The notes beneath the pieces are model-generated. The model saw nothing but the letters and a program-made list of their open reading frames with translations. It searched no databases and had not been told where the DNA came from. Source: Takakia lepidozioides (lineage: Eukaryota > Plantae > Bryophyta). From it: 64,000 bases of DNA. A program made the translations under genes and the position numbers. How positions within the stretch are numbered: the first letter of the stretch is position 1; each line of letters begins with the position of its first letter. The stretch is taken from assembly GCA_030704615.1 (NCBI GenBank), contig CM060734.1:39432001-39496000 (forward strand), given 5' to 3'. Of the stretch, positions 1 to 10,619 are shown piece after piece.

Positions 1-1172
1 AGGCTTGCACACGCGTTGCAAATGCACACAAACGTGATGTGGTTGGGCTTCACCCCTTTGCACATCATTTGCTCATAGGTCTCCAAAGCCTCCATCCCGC
101 ACCCTTGCTGTGCATATCCTGCAATCATCGCACTCCACGACTCTCGTTCAGCCATAGTGTCGAACACTCCCTTTGCATCCTCGATGCACCCACATTTTGC
201 ATACATGTCCACCAGGGTATTGTTCAGAATGACATTTGGTACAATTCCAGCTCTGACGATGTCGCCATGGACCTCTTTGCCCTTTTCCAGAGCTGCCAGG
301 GTTGTGTTCAGAATGACATTTGGTACAATTCCAGCTTTGATGATGTCACCATGCACCTCTTTGCCCTTTTCCAGGGCTGCCAGGCTTGCACAAGCATTGC
401 AAATGCACACAAAGGTGATGTGGTCGGGCTTCACCCCTTCCCCCATCATTTGATCATAGGTCTCCAGAGCCTCCATACCACGTCCCTGCTGTGCATACCC
501 TGCAAGCATCGCGTTCCATGACACCACATCTCGTTCAGCCATAGTGTTGAAAACTCCCTTTGCATCCTCAATGCACCCACATTTGGCATACATGTCCACC
601 AGGGCAGTGTTCAGAATGACATCTGGTACAATTCCAGCTTTGACGATGTCACCATGGACCTCTTTCCCCTTTTCCAGGGCTCCCAGGCTTGCACATGCAT
701 TGCAAACACAAACAAACGTGATGTGGTTGGGCTTCACCCCTTCGCGCATCATTTGCTCATAGGTCTCCAAAGCATTTGTACCACACCCATGCTTGGTAAA
801 TCCTGCCAACATTATATTCCACGTGATCAAAGATCGTTGAGGCATTCTGTTGAACACTTGGTGAGCATCCATGATGCTCCCGCACTTAACATACATGTTG
901 ACAAGGGTGTTGAGGAGAAAAATATTTGGCGTGAATCCACTTTGGATAATGTGAGTGTGCACCTGCTTTCCAGCTTCCAGGTCTTTCATCTTGATGCACT
1001 TATGCAAGAGACAGACATATGTATCTGAATCTGCTGAAATGCCTCCTTGGTTTAAAGTCTGTAGAGCCTCTTTCAGTCTGCCTGCCTCACAAAGCATCTT
1101 CACATGCCCAGAAGTGCCAGAAGAGGCATTGTGGACTCCCTCTCTTGATCCTCTTCCAGAAGCTGTGGTCAT
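1..1172 (-). CDS. PLS-class pentatricopeptide repeat protein, 5' part; continues beyond the window's left edge
   Basis: The minus strand reads openly from ATG 1172: MTTASGRG...HVKMLCEAGRLKEAL...DTYVCLLHKC...NIFLLNTLVNMYVKCGSIMDAHQVFNRMPQRSLITWNIMLAGF...KPNHITFVCVCNACASLGALEKGKEVHGDIVKAGIVPDVILNTALVDMYAKCG. These are canonical L-S-P triplets. Absent from the ORF track because there is no stop in the window. The true start may be further upstream. Confidence 0.92.
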   Translation of the reverse strand, partial: MTTASGRGSREGVHNASSGTSGHVKMLCEAGRLKEALQTLNQGGISADSDTYVCLLHKCIKMKDLEAGKQVHTHIIQSGFTPNIFLLNTLVNMYVKCGSIMDAHQVFNRMPQRSLITWNIMLAGFTKHGCGTNALETYEQMMREGVKPNHITFVCVCNACASLGALEKGKEVHGDIVKAGIVPDVILNTALVDMYAKCGCIEDAKGVFNTMAERDVVSWNAMLAGYAQQGRGMEALETYDQMMGEGVKPDHITFVCICNACASLAALEKGKEVHGDIIKAGIVPNVILNTTLAALEKGKEVHGDIVRAGIVPNVILNNTLVDMYAKCGCIEDAKGVFDTMAERESWSAMIAGYAQQGCGMEALETYEQMMCKGVKPNHITFVCICNACAS

Positions 1173-1184
1173 GGTTGAGGTGCC

Positions 1185-2330
1185 TGATTTTATCAACTGT
1201 GCCGCTGCAGCCGCTGCCTTTAGTTGACCATCTACCCATGCAGGTTTCTTGTAGCTATTGATCCACAGGGAGTCATAGGTAATCTTGTGCTTGAAATCTG
1301 GCCCTCTTGGATGAATCTGGACCCACACTCTATCCCTGCTCCTTCAGCTATCCATGCCTCTGCACAAATCATGCATTAATCCTTGCCTTGATGCTAGAAT
1401 CTGACAATGACAGCCTATATTTGTTCTAGGAAACACCCAACTCAGCTTATCACACTTAGTTCCTATGCTGAATTGCGTCTGCTACTCTCTGTAATCTAAC
1501 AGGCATTCACCTTTTTGCCTCGGTTGTCCCACCATTGACTGGGGTCAGAAAAGTATTCATTCCACAGCTTCTCCTCATCTCTACCTGTTTTTGGATACAT
1601 TCCTGTTGTCACATTGGCAGTATCATGTCAAAGTCACTCCAAACTACATTCACTCAACCAGCTAACTTGCAGAACTCAACATGGAAATTTAGGGTCGATT
1701 CTGATAAGAGAGAAAAACAGGGTGAAATGTGTTGAAGAAGGTGCCTTCATTAGCAGTGCCTTGTTCAATCAATTGTGCTGCTGCCGCTGCTGTTTCCAGT
1801 TGACCATCTACCCATGCAGATTTCTTGTAGCTATTGATCCACAGGGAATCACAAGTAATCTTGTGTTTGAAATCCGGCCCTCTTCGATGAATCTGGACCT
1901 CTATCCCTAGTCCTTCAGCTATCCCTGCCTGTGAACAAATCATGAATACATCCTCAGCCTTGCTGCTAGCAGCTGACACTGACGGCGTGAAGTTCTTCCA
2001 GCAAACACCCCAACCCTACTTATTACAGTAGTTCCAATTCTGACTTGCATCTGCTTCTCTCTGTAGTCCAACAGGATTCACCTTTTTGTCTCCATTGTCC
2101 CACCTTTGACCACAGTCGGAACAGTGTTCATTCCAAAGCTTCTCCTCATCTCTGTTATCTGTTTTCGGATACTTTCCTGCTCCACATCGGCAGTAACTTG
2201 TCAAAGTTACTCCAAACCACCACAGATCCACCCAACGAGCTAACTTACAGAATTCAGTATGCAAATTCAGGGCCGAGTCTGATGAGAGGGCAAAACAGGC
2301 TGAAATAGGTCGAAGAAGAAGGTGCCCTCA
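1185..2330. repeat. Tandem duplication, about 576-bp unit, upstream of the minus-strand PPR gene
   Basis: agttgaccatctacccatgcag..ttcttgtagctattgatccacaggga occurs at ~1222 and ~1798. Blocks at ~1681-1750 and ~2259-2330 also match. The copies are diverged. Confidence 0.9.
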
Positions 2331-3750
2331 CCACATTGTCCTTGACCTTGTGTCATGACCCATGGAGGATTTGACCGACCATCAACCCAAAAGGACCTCT
2401 TGTGTGTGCTGCTTGTGTCTGTAGTCAGGTAATGTCGGATTGGTCTGTGAGAACCACCACGGTGCAGCTGAGCAGGCAGAGATTGAAACACGGCCTGCTA
2501 AGACCAAGCTGACTCTCCCAAGAACCTTGTCAACATCAGGGAGAATACCAAATCATGTTACTAACAGGAGCCAAGAGCCCACATTTGCAGGATGGACAAA
2601 CTTCTTCACATCGTACATTAAAAAAAAGCCACACCTTGCGATTACAGTTGTCCCACCATCGTGAAGGATCTTTAAAAAACTCGTGCCAGCTCTGCTCCGT
2701 GCTCCAAGGTAGAGGTTTGTGCTCGAAAATCCGACAGCATCAACATTTTGACAAGGGCCTTTACTCAGGGGTGCTAGTGAGCTTTCAACAACATTCATGC
2801 AAGTTGTTTTGGGCTCCATTGCGCTCTACACGATGAGGAACAAAGAACATGTCCAGACTTACACAGATGCTAACCCAGGTTATGTTTGCAATCTGGAGAT
2901 TGTAGAGTGGTCTCTGAAAAGGAAGGCGCTGAGCAGCCAGAGTCTTTTACCCTGGGTCCTGGCATTTAAGTTTTTCTCACGTTCCAATATATACTTTAGA
3001 CGTTCTCAATAATAATGACAAAGTTCCCTTCTCCACAAACGATCGTCCCTGCCTTTTGAACAACGAAGACGATCTAATGTTCAAGGAGGGTGGCCAGAAG
3101 CAAGCGATGCGGGAAGCTCGCGGTAATCCTTGGCCGTCTCTCTCGATTCTTAGCACGCGGTCACCGCTTCAGCAAGGTGATTGCGTTTGGGAGATGGGTT
3201 CGACTGCTGCAGCACCTGTGTATTTCACTGGATTCAAACTAGTCATTTCGATGATGCAGCTCAAAACTGCAAACGGTAGTTGTCTCCGCGGAGCCTGTCT
3301 CTTGCCTTGTCTCCATCTCGTGGGTAGTCGAAAATTGAGCAAAGAAGTTGCATTTGCAGAATGGGTTACAAAGCCACCGGCGTACTTCGGAGGGTTTGAA
3401 CTCGTCAGTCGATGATGCAGCTCGAGGCAAGTAACGCTCATAATGTAACCAGAGTTCATCGGACTGCTTGGTGAACTATACAGGGCAATTGCATCACGCC
3501 TATTCTCGCAAAGCACGTAGTGTTCAAGATTTATCAGCTGGTGTCGTTATAATGGGATGCCAAACGCAAAGCTGGAGTGTTCGGTATGCTCTACTTCCAT
3601 CCCTCGTCTGTAATGTTTGTCAAACAATTTAGGAGGTTGTACCTTGCGGCTTGTACTGTTGTTCACTATAATTTCGAAGAAACAAGTAGTTGAAATGCTG
3701 GTCCCTGTGAAAGAATTTTCTGTAGAATTAAACATTTATCGAAGAAAAGT

Positions 3751-6700
3751 TTGTCATGCAGGGCGGTGGGTTTTCAAGTCTGGAATCAGAGCCACTGGCT
3801 TGTTCGGCATGAGAATGGGGGCAAGTGTGTAAGTCTTGGCACTATCACCATCACGACTGTTTCAAACGAAGGCCCAGGACAAAGAAGAGAGGGTCAGGGG
3901 GACAACAAGAACAATTTTGAAACTAGTGGGGGTGTGAACGTATTATGCAACGAGGGCCGATTGGATGCAGAGCACATTTTGGACCTCATGGAGCAACAAG
4001 GCTTTCGGGCATATTCCGATACATGTGCTCGGCTCTTGCAGGAGTGTACTATGACAAGGGCTCTTGCTGACGGCAAGTGGGTTCATGCCCACTTCATCAA
4101 GAGTAGATTCAAACCAGACATATTCTTAGAAAATTCCCTGATCAGCATGTATGTTAAGTGCGGCAGCGTTGTGGATGCGTACCATGTGTTCGACCGCATG
4201 CCTAAACGAGACGTAATCTCATGGAGTGCAATGATTGCAGGCTTAGCTCGCCAAGGGCATCGTGAAAAAGCATTTGAACTCTTTCAACATATGCAAAGAG
4301 AAGGAGTTATGCCAAACAAGAACACCTTCATTAGTCTCCTCAACACATGTGCCAGCCCAGCAAATCTGGGACAGGGAAAGCAGCTCCATGCGGGCATCAT
4401 TAATGCTGGATTTGAGTCAGATGTCCAAGTGGGGACTTCCCTTGTTAGTATGTATTGCAAGTGCTGGAGTGTAGTGGATGCCCGCAGAGTCTTTGTCAAA
4501 ATGCCTGAACGAAATGTGATTTTTTGGAATGCAATGATTGCAGGATTAGCTCGGCAAGGGCATAGTGAAGAGGCGATTGAGCTCTTTGAGCAAATGCAAC
4601 AAGAAGGCATTAAACCTAATAAGATTACCTTTATGAGCATCCTCAACGCTTGTGCCAGCCCAGTACCCCTAGAACAGAGTAAGCAGGTGCATGCCATTGT
4701 TGTTAGTGCCGGAGTGGAGTCAGATGTCCGTGTGGGGACTGCGATTATCAGCATGTATTGCAAGTATGGGAGGGTCTCCGATGCACAAAAAGTGTTTGAC
4801 AAATTGCTTGAACGAGATGTGGTCTCATGGAATGCGATGATTGCAGGGTTAGCTCAGCAAGGGCATGGTGAAAAGGCATTTGAACTCTTTCAGCAAATGC
4901 AACGAGAATGCATGAAGCCAAACAAGATCACCTTCATGAGCATCCTCAATGCATTTGCCAGCCCAGTAGCCCTGGAACGGAGCAAGCAGGTGCATGCCCA
5001 TATTTTCGATGCTGGATTGGACGGGGATGTTGATGTGGGTACAGCTCTGGTCAGTATGTATTGCAGGTGCATGAGGTTGGTGGAGGCTTGCCAGGTTTTC
5101 AATAAAATGCCTAAGCAAGATGTGGTCTCGTGGACTGCAATGATTGCAGGATTTGTTCAGCATGGTCTTGGTGAGCAGGCTTTTGAACTCTTTCGGGAAA
5201 TGCGACAAGATGGCGTGCAGCCAAACAAAATTACCTTTATGAGCATCCTCAATGCATGTTCCAGCCCAGCAGCGCTGGAGCATGGGAGGCAGCTCCATGC
5301 GGATATAATTAAAGCTGGATTTGAGTCAGACGTCTGCGTGGCAACTGCCCTTGTCAGCATGTATTGCAAGTGTGGGAGTATGGGGGATGCATGCCAAGTG
5401 TTTGAGGATATGCCTGAGCGAGATGTAGTGTCATGGACTGCAATGATTGCAGGATCAGTTCAGCTTGGCTGTAGTGAGAAGGCTTTTGAAGTCTTTCAGC
5501 AAATGCAAAGAGAAGGCATGAAGGCAGACAAGGTCACGTTCATTAGCATCCTCCAGGCATGTTCATACCCAGGAGCTCTGGAACAGGGCAAGCGGCTCCA
5601 TGCGAGTATCATCCAAAGTGATGTTGAGTCAGATGTCCGAGTTGGGACTGCTCTTGTCAGCATGTATTGCAAGTGTGGGAGTGTCCTGGATGCATGCAAA
5701 GTTTTTTACAAACTACCTGACCGGGATGTGGTTTCATGGAATGCAATGATTGCAGGATTGGCTCAGCAAGGATGTCATGAAGAAGTAATCGAACTGTTTC
5801 AGCAGATGCTACAAGAAAGGTTGGAGCCTGACAAGGTCACTTGCATTAGCCTCATCAACACATGCGCCAGCCTAGCTGCCCTGGAAGAGTGGAAGGGGGT
5901 CCATGCCCAGATCTTCAAATCTGAATATGAGTCAGATGTCTGTGTGGGAAATGCCCTTGTTGACATGTATGCCAAGTGTGGGAGTGTGGAGGATGCACGG
6001 GAAGCCTTTGACAAAATTCATGAACGAGATGTGATTTCATGGAATGCAATGATTATTGGATATTCTCAGAATGGGCATGCCAAGGAGGCTCTCCAACTCT
6101 TTGAACAGATGCGAACAGAGTTGGTGAAGCCAAATGAGGTGACATTCATTGGTGTTCTCTCTGCATGCAGCCATGTAGGCCTAGTGAATGAAGGCAGTCA
6201 TTATTTCCTTGCCATGAGTCAAGATCATGGCATTACACCAGCAGAAAGGCACTACTGCTGCATGGTTGACCTTCTTGGCCGTGCAGGACGATTAGACGAG
6301 GCAGAAACATTCATCAACAACATGACAGTTGAACCAGGTTCTTCGGTGTGGGGGGCATTGATTGGAGCCTGCCGAATGCATTCTAATTTGGAGTTAGCAG
6401 AACGTTCCGCAGAGAGGATACTTAAGTTGGCACCTCAGAATTCTGGAGCGTATGTGCAACTTTCAAACATCTATGCTGCAGCCGGCAGGTGGGACGCTGT
6501 AGCAAAGGTGAGAAAAGTGATGGAGGCCAGAGGGGTAAGAAAGGAGCCAGGGCGCACTTGGATCACAGTTAAAAGCAGAGTACATGCATTCATTGCAGAA
6601 GATCGTTCACACCCACAAATGGAGGAGATCTATGCTAAGTTGGAAACATTGACAAAGGAGATGAAGGAGGCTGGATATATGCCGGACACTCGCTTTGTTC

Positions 6701-6954
6701 TGCATAATGTGGATCAGCAGGCTAAGGAACAGTCTCTTTGCCACCACAGTGAAAAGTTGGCTATTGCATTTGGGCTGATCAGCACCCCCCCAGGGACACC
6801 GCTCCGTATCATTAAAAATCTTCGTGTATGTGGTGACTGCCACACTGCCACCAAGTTTATTTCAAAGCTTGTCAAGCGAGAAATTGTTGCAAGGGATGTC
6901 AGCCGCTTTCATCACTTCAGGAACGGGGTGTGTTCTTGTGGGGACTATTGGTGA
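3751..6954 (+). CDS. PLS-E1-E2-DYW PPR protein, putative organellar C-to-U RNA editing factor
   Basis: Intronless ORF with 23 PPR motifs ending P2-L2-S2, then E1/E2, PG box (KEPGRTWI), HSEKLA and CGDCH zinc ligands, and terminal CSCGDYW. Start is uncertain: the ORF opens at TTG and the first in-frame ATG is 3988. Confidence 0.97.
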   Translation: MSCRAVGFQVWNQSHWLVRHENGGKCVSLGTITITTVSNEGPGQRREGQGDNKNNFETSGGVNVLCNEGRLDAEHILDLMEQQGFRAYSDTCARLLQECTMTRALADGKWVHAHFIKSRFKPDIFLENSLISMYVKCGSVVDAYHVFDRMPKRDVISWSAMIAGLARQGHREKAFELFQHMQREGVMPNKNTFISLLNTCASPANLGQGKQLHAGIINAGFESDVQVGTSLVSMYCKCWSVVDARRVFVKMPERNVIFWNAMIAGLARQGHSEEAIELFEQMQQEGIKPNKITFMSILNACASPVPLEQSKQVHAIVVSAGVESDVRVGTAIISMYCKYGRVSDAQKVFDKLLERDVVSWNAMIAGLAQQGHGEKAFELFQQMQRECMKPNKITFMSILNAFASPVALERSKQVHAHIFDAGLDGDVDVGTALVSMYCRCMRLVEACQVFNKMPKQDVVSWTAMIAGFVQHGLGEQAFELFREMRQDGVQPNKITFMSILNACSSPAALEHGRQLHADIIKAGFESDVCVATALVSMYCKCGSMGDACQVFEDMPERDVVSWTAMIAGSVQLGCSEKAFEVFQQMQREGMKADKVTFISILQACSYPGALEQGKRLHASIIQSDVESDVRVGTALVSMYCKCGSVLDACKVFYKLPDRDVVSWNAMIAGLAQQGCHEEVIELFQQMLQERLEPDKVTCISLINTCASLAALEEWKGVHAQIFKSEYESDVCVGNALVDMYAKCGSVEDAREAFDKIHERDVISWNAMIIGYSQNGHAKEALQLFEQMRTELVKPNEVTFIGVLSACSHVGLVNEGSHYFLAMSQDHGITPAERHYCCMVDLLGRAGRLDEAETFINNMTVEPGSSVWGALIGACRMHSNLELAERSAERILKLAPQNSGAYVQLSNIYAAAGRWDAVAKVRKVMEARGVRKEPGRTWITVKSRVHAFIAEDRSHPQMEEIYAKLETLTKEMKEAGYMPDTRFVLHNVDQQAKEQSLCHHSEKLAIAFGLISTPPGTPLRIIKNLRVCGDCHTATKFISKLVKREIVARDVSRFHHFRNGVCSCGDYW

Positions 6955-7664
6955 TGGTAAGAGAAAGAAAGGACAACTAAGCACTTCAGTACATTGGTAT
7001 CATTTTCCAGCGAACATGAAATCTGTCTCTGATACTTCCTTCTCGAAGGCCACTGGCTATGTGAAGAATTTCTGGATTTCGACAGATGACTTGACCTGTG
7101 CTTTTTGGCTGCAAAGTCCATGTACTAGATTCAGCAATGCTGCAGGGTTTAAACTTCACATCTAAAGGCCTAGGCATCTGGATAATGTGAAAAGCAACAT
7201 GGCGTACTTTTCAAGACTACAGAGATGCAAAGGAAGGCCAGACTCACACTCCAAGCATTTGGGCAATCAGACGCGTATGTCTCAGTTGTTGAGCTAAACA
7301 CCTTCTCACCATTCAAAGGACAGAACCGACAGTCCCGGATGGGCATGACAGTGCTTAGACTACCCTTGGCAAGTCTAACTCAGACATTGCACACAGTCAT
7401 TGTACTCACTGCCAAGGCAGAGATGGGGGTTGTAATAAGCAACCAAGTTACAAGAGAATCAGGGTGCAGCCACTGGAAAGATCAACACAGCAAGGAATCT
7501 GCATGGGAGCTGCACTATGTAACACTCAAGGACAAAACAAAGTATGACAAACAAAGTATGCCTTTGTGACCCTAAGTGCTTCCAAAGTGAGAAACCTTGA
7601 CCATGTCCACGTTGGCTATGGTGTTGATGAGTAGGAGGTCATCACCTGAAGTTTGATACTCTAG

Positions 7665-8065
7665 TATGGACTGCTGAAATATAGAGCAACCCAAGGACTT
7701 GTTTCCGTACGCAGCTCAGATAAACACTTGATCAGGATCCAGTGCCTCCCATTTCAACAAGGGGCAAATGATTCTGGAAGAGTCAGGCCCTATATTATTG
7801 AAAGTCAACAGATCTGGTCAGAAGTGTACGTAGCATTGGAACTTACCAGATCTGGATGGACTCTGGTCTCTGAAATACTTGAGACAACCCAAGGACATGT
7901 AAGAGGCTTACACACACACGAGACCAGGATCCAGTGCGTTCCATTTTAGGAAGGAGTGATTCTGAATTAGTATGCCAAATGCCATGCCCTACATCGCACT
8001 GAAAGTCAACAGAGCTGGGCAGAATCTGAAATTGAACAGATCTGGGTGGACTCTGGTGTTGAATT
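7665..8065. repeat. Diverged tandem duplication, about 195-bp unit
   Basis: Twice-repeated blocks ctgaaata..caacccaaggac, caggatccagtgc, gaaagtcaacaga and agatctgg.tggactctggt. Confidence 0.8.
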
Positions 8066-8559
8066 TCACATCACTCTAAGAAATTCCGACTTCACAGCAA
8101 TCATGTTAGAGTGATGCATTTCATCCAAGCGTCTCTATGGCGGAGGACCTCAAGTCAGGCCACCCTGTCTTCGTGAGAACAGTTTCAATTTCGCAATTCT
8201 ATGATCAAAAATGCCAGAACTACAATGTAGAGAGGGTGGAAATGGGCATGATAACTGTAGTTATTAGGGTGTTAGTCAAGGAATACCGGAACACTAAACA
8301 GGGTGTAGATGACTACAGCTTTTGGATACTAGGGCTGACTACAAATTTCTTGTAAGCTTCTGTCTGCTAAGCAAGAAGTTGGCTTTTTGTGATTTCTCTC
8401 ACCATTCCTCAATCTCTTCGGTCTTCACCTGCAGCTAGCTGTCGGTGCCGTGGCTCCAGGGAGCAAATACGTACTCACTCGAGTACAATGTAGCTGTCGT
8501 TCATTATCTCGATCAGCTTATTAACCAGCTGCTAAAAGTCTCATGGAGGTTGCACATGA

Positions 8560-9065
8560 GTGGTGAGGCCACGGATGCCCTATAATGTCATGCCTGTGAT
8601 CCAACAGGTGACCGAATGAATCCGCTGCTATAAGGAATAGGAATGGGGCTAGCGGACAGCCCTGCCGCACTGACCTGGATATGGGGAAGGATTGAGAGAT
8701 TACTCCGCTCACCATTACCCTGCTAGAGGCGGAGTGCAACAGGATGTGAACCCATGTAGTAAAGGGCCCCTCCAATCCTGTTTTTTCCAAAGCTTTCAAG
8801 AGGAATTCCCAGTCAATGGAGTCGAAGGCCTTTTCAAAGTCCAACATCAGAAAAGCCAAAGGTTGATTGCTTATCTGGGCTCTGTGCAGGGCTTCATGCG
8901 CTAACAGTATGTTATCAAGTATCATCCGATCTTTCAAAAAACCTATCTGGTCTTTCCTGAAATCTTTGTCAGCAGCGGTTGCAGCCTCAAAGCCAATGCC
9001 TTCGCAATGACTTCGTAGATTGAATTCAGCAAGGTGATAGGTCAGTAGTTTGGGGCTGTGATAAC
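8560..9065 (-). mobile_element. L1-like LINE reverse transcriptase fragment (frameshifted)
   Basis: NY*PITLLNSIYEVIAKALALRLQPLL, then a frameshift to DQIGFLKDRMILDNILLAHE...LDFEKAFDSIDWEFL...RSVRQGCPLAPFLF. These are non-LTR RT motifs. Confidence 0.9.
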
Positions 9066-10059
9066 GCAAAACAACGCAACCTTGTCAAGAAGTTTGTGAG
9101 GCATGGCGAATTAGAGGGGGACAAGGGCAGAAAAGAGGGAGAATGTGTGTGTGTGTGCACTATGAGTCAATGGAAACCAGTTCTATAATTCGATTGCGAC
9201 CTTCAGCCTCCATCTTAGCATTATCAGGTAGTTTGTCAGCACCATGGTGCCCAGGTCTAACCTGCAACTCTTCTTAGCAGAACAGGAAAGGACATTTGGT
9301 CATCAACCAAAAAATAGATGTAGCAGAGCCGAGGTTTTCTGCAAGCTTACTGGCACCTGCACTAACAAATGAGGGTACAAATCAACTGCGATGATGGAAC
9401 CACGCGGATCGATCTCCAACTTTGCAGGCGCCGATGATGTGAAACGGTACATGAACAGAGTTACTACGACACACCATTGAAGACAGTTAGACAACGACCT
9501 CTATGTCTAGAGACAGACAGGAAGAGATAGGTAGAGAGGAACCTAGCAGCTTAGTGCTCTACCTCACTAGTGCAATAGAGCTTCCAGGATCTTAAGGAGG
9601 TCAATCTCAGTAGAAAACAGATCATGCTTGACTTGCATTAGTCATCGTGTACCATACATGTAAGTGTGGGTTGTGCAGACATCCTCATACTGAATTTGAT
9701 CTGTAATACTTGTTATCCTGGCAGCACATAAAGTCGCACTAGGACGTCAATAAGATGGCGGATTCATGTATGGGCGGGTGCTGCTGTGTTATATGGATAT
9801 TTACGAGGGTGTTCTTATGGAAAAAGCGAAAAAATGCTAAGGGACAAAAGATACCTTCACAGGCCCCCTATTGCTGGGCGTGCGTCCCCGCCAAGAAAAC
9901 AGATTATCTAGTCCATCCTTACAGTCAAGAAGTAATGGCCAAGACGTATCTAGATAGACTCCAATGGTACAAAAGAGGGGCGTGCTTGCGCTGGGGATGG
10001 TGGCGATCACCATGGAAGGAAGACATAAAGATAAAGGTTGTCTTAACCACTAATGTTCT

Positions 10060-10340
10060 AGAGGTGGGCCGCATTGAAGCATTAAGCCCACATTAGACTT
10101 GACACAATTCTTGTTGGTGATGATGTAGTCAAAGAGTACATGATATTTCAGCACACTGTCCAAATCGTGTTTGAATCTCGTTTGCATGTCGTTTTCATCT
10201 TTTCCAGTCACCATGTAGTCTGTACACAGTTGATGTAGATTACGAAGATAAGCTCATAAGCTCATATCTTTTTTGTTCAAGGTTTCCAGAAAATGATGAG
10301 GATATTGAAGCTCCTAAGCTTGCGTTTCATAGTAGGCATT
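10060..10340 (-). mobile_element. Possible degenerate retrotransposon gag fragment
   Basis: LETLNKKDMSL*AYLRNLHQL...ENDMQTRFKHDL weakly resembles the gag L.Q..MSV.EY...F..GL pattern. Confidence 0.3.
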
Positions 10341-10619
10341 TTAGTCTTATAGAAATAGAGACACAGACTTTGATCTTGAGCTACCTCCTGAGGAATGTAA
10401 GATTGATAGAGAGAGATATTATGTTGGGTGTGGGATAATCTTCTCCCTTCCTTGGGCGATACCAGCGTTTGTGGGCGCCTCATGGCAAGCTTGTTTTCTC
10501 CTCTCATTGTAAGCTTAATTAATTTGTGAGCAGCCTTGGGTGTTGAAAGGAAAAAATGAGAAAAAAATGAGAAATAACCAACAGCTACATTCTTAACCCC
10601 ACTACTGTATTTTGTCAGG

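Noticed and set aside
39-1028. Plus-strand ORFs over 39-1028 (and minus-strand ORFs within 3894-6843)
   Set aside because: They are antisense shadows of PPR coding sequence.
6540-6954. U-to-C (DYW:KP-type) editing domain
   Set aside because: Canonical PG box, HSE and DYW terminus indicate the C-to-U type.
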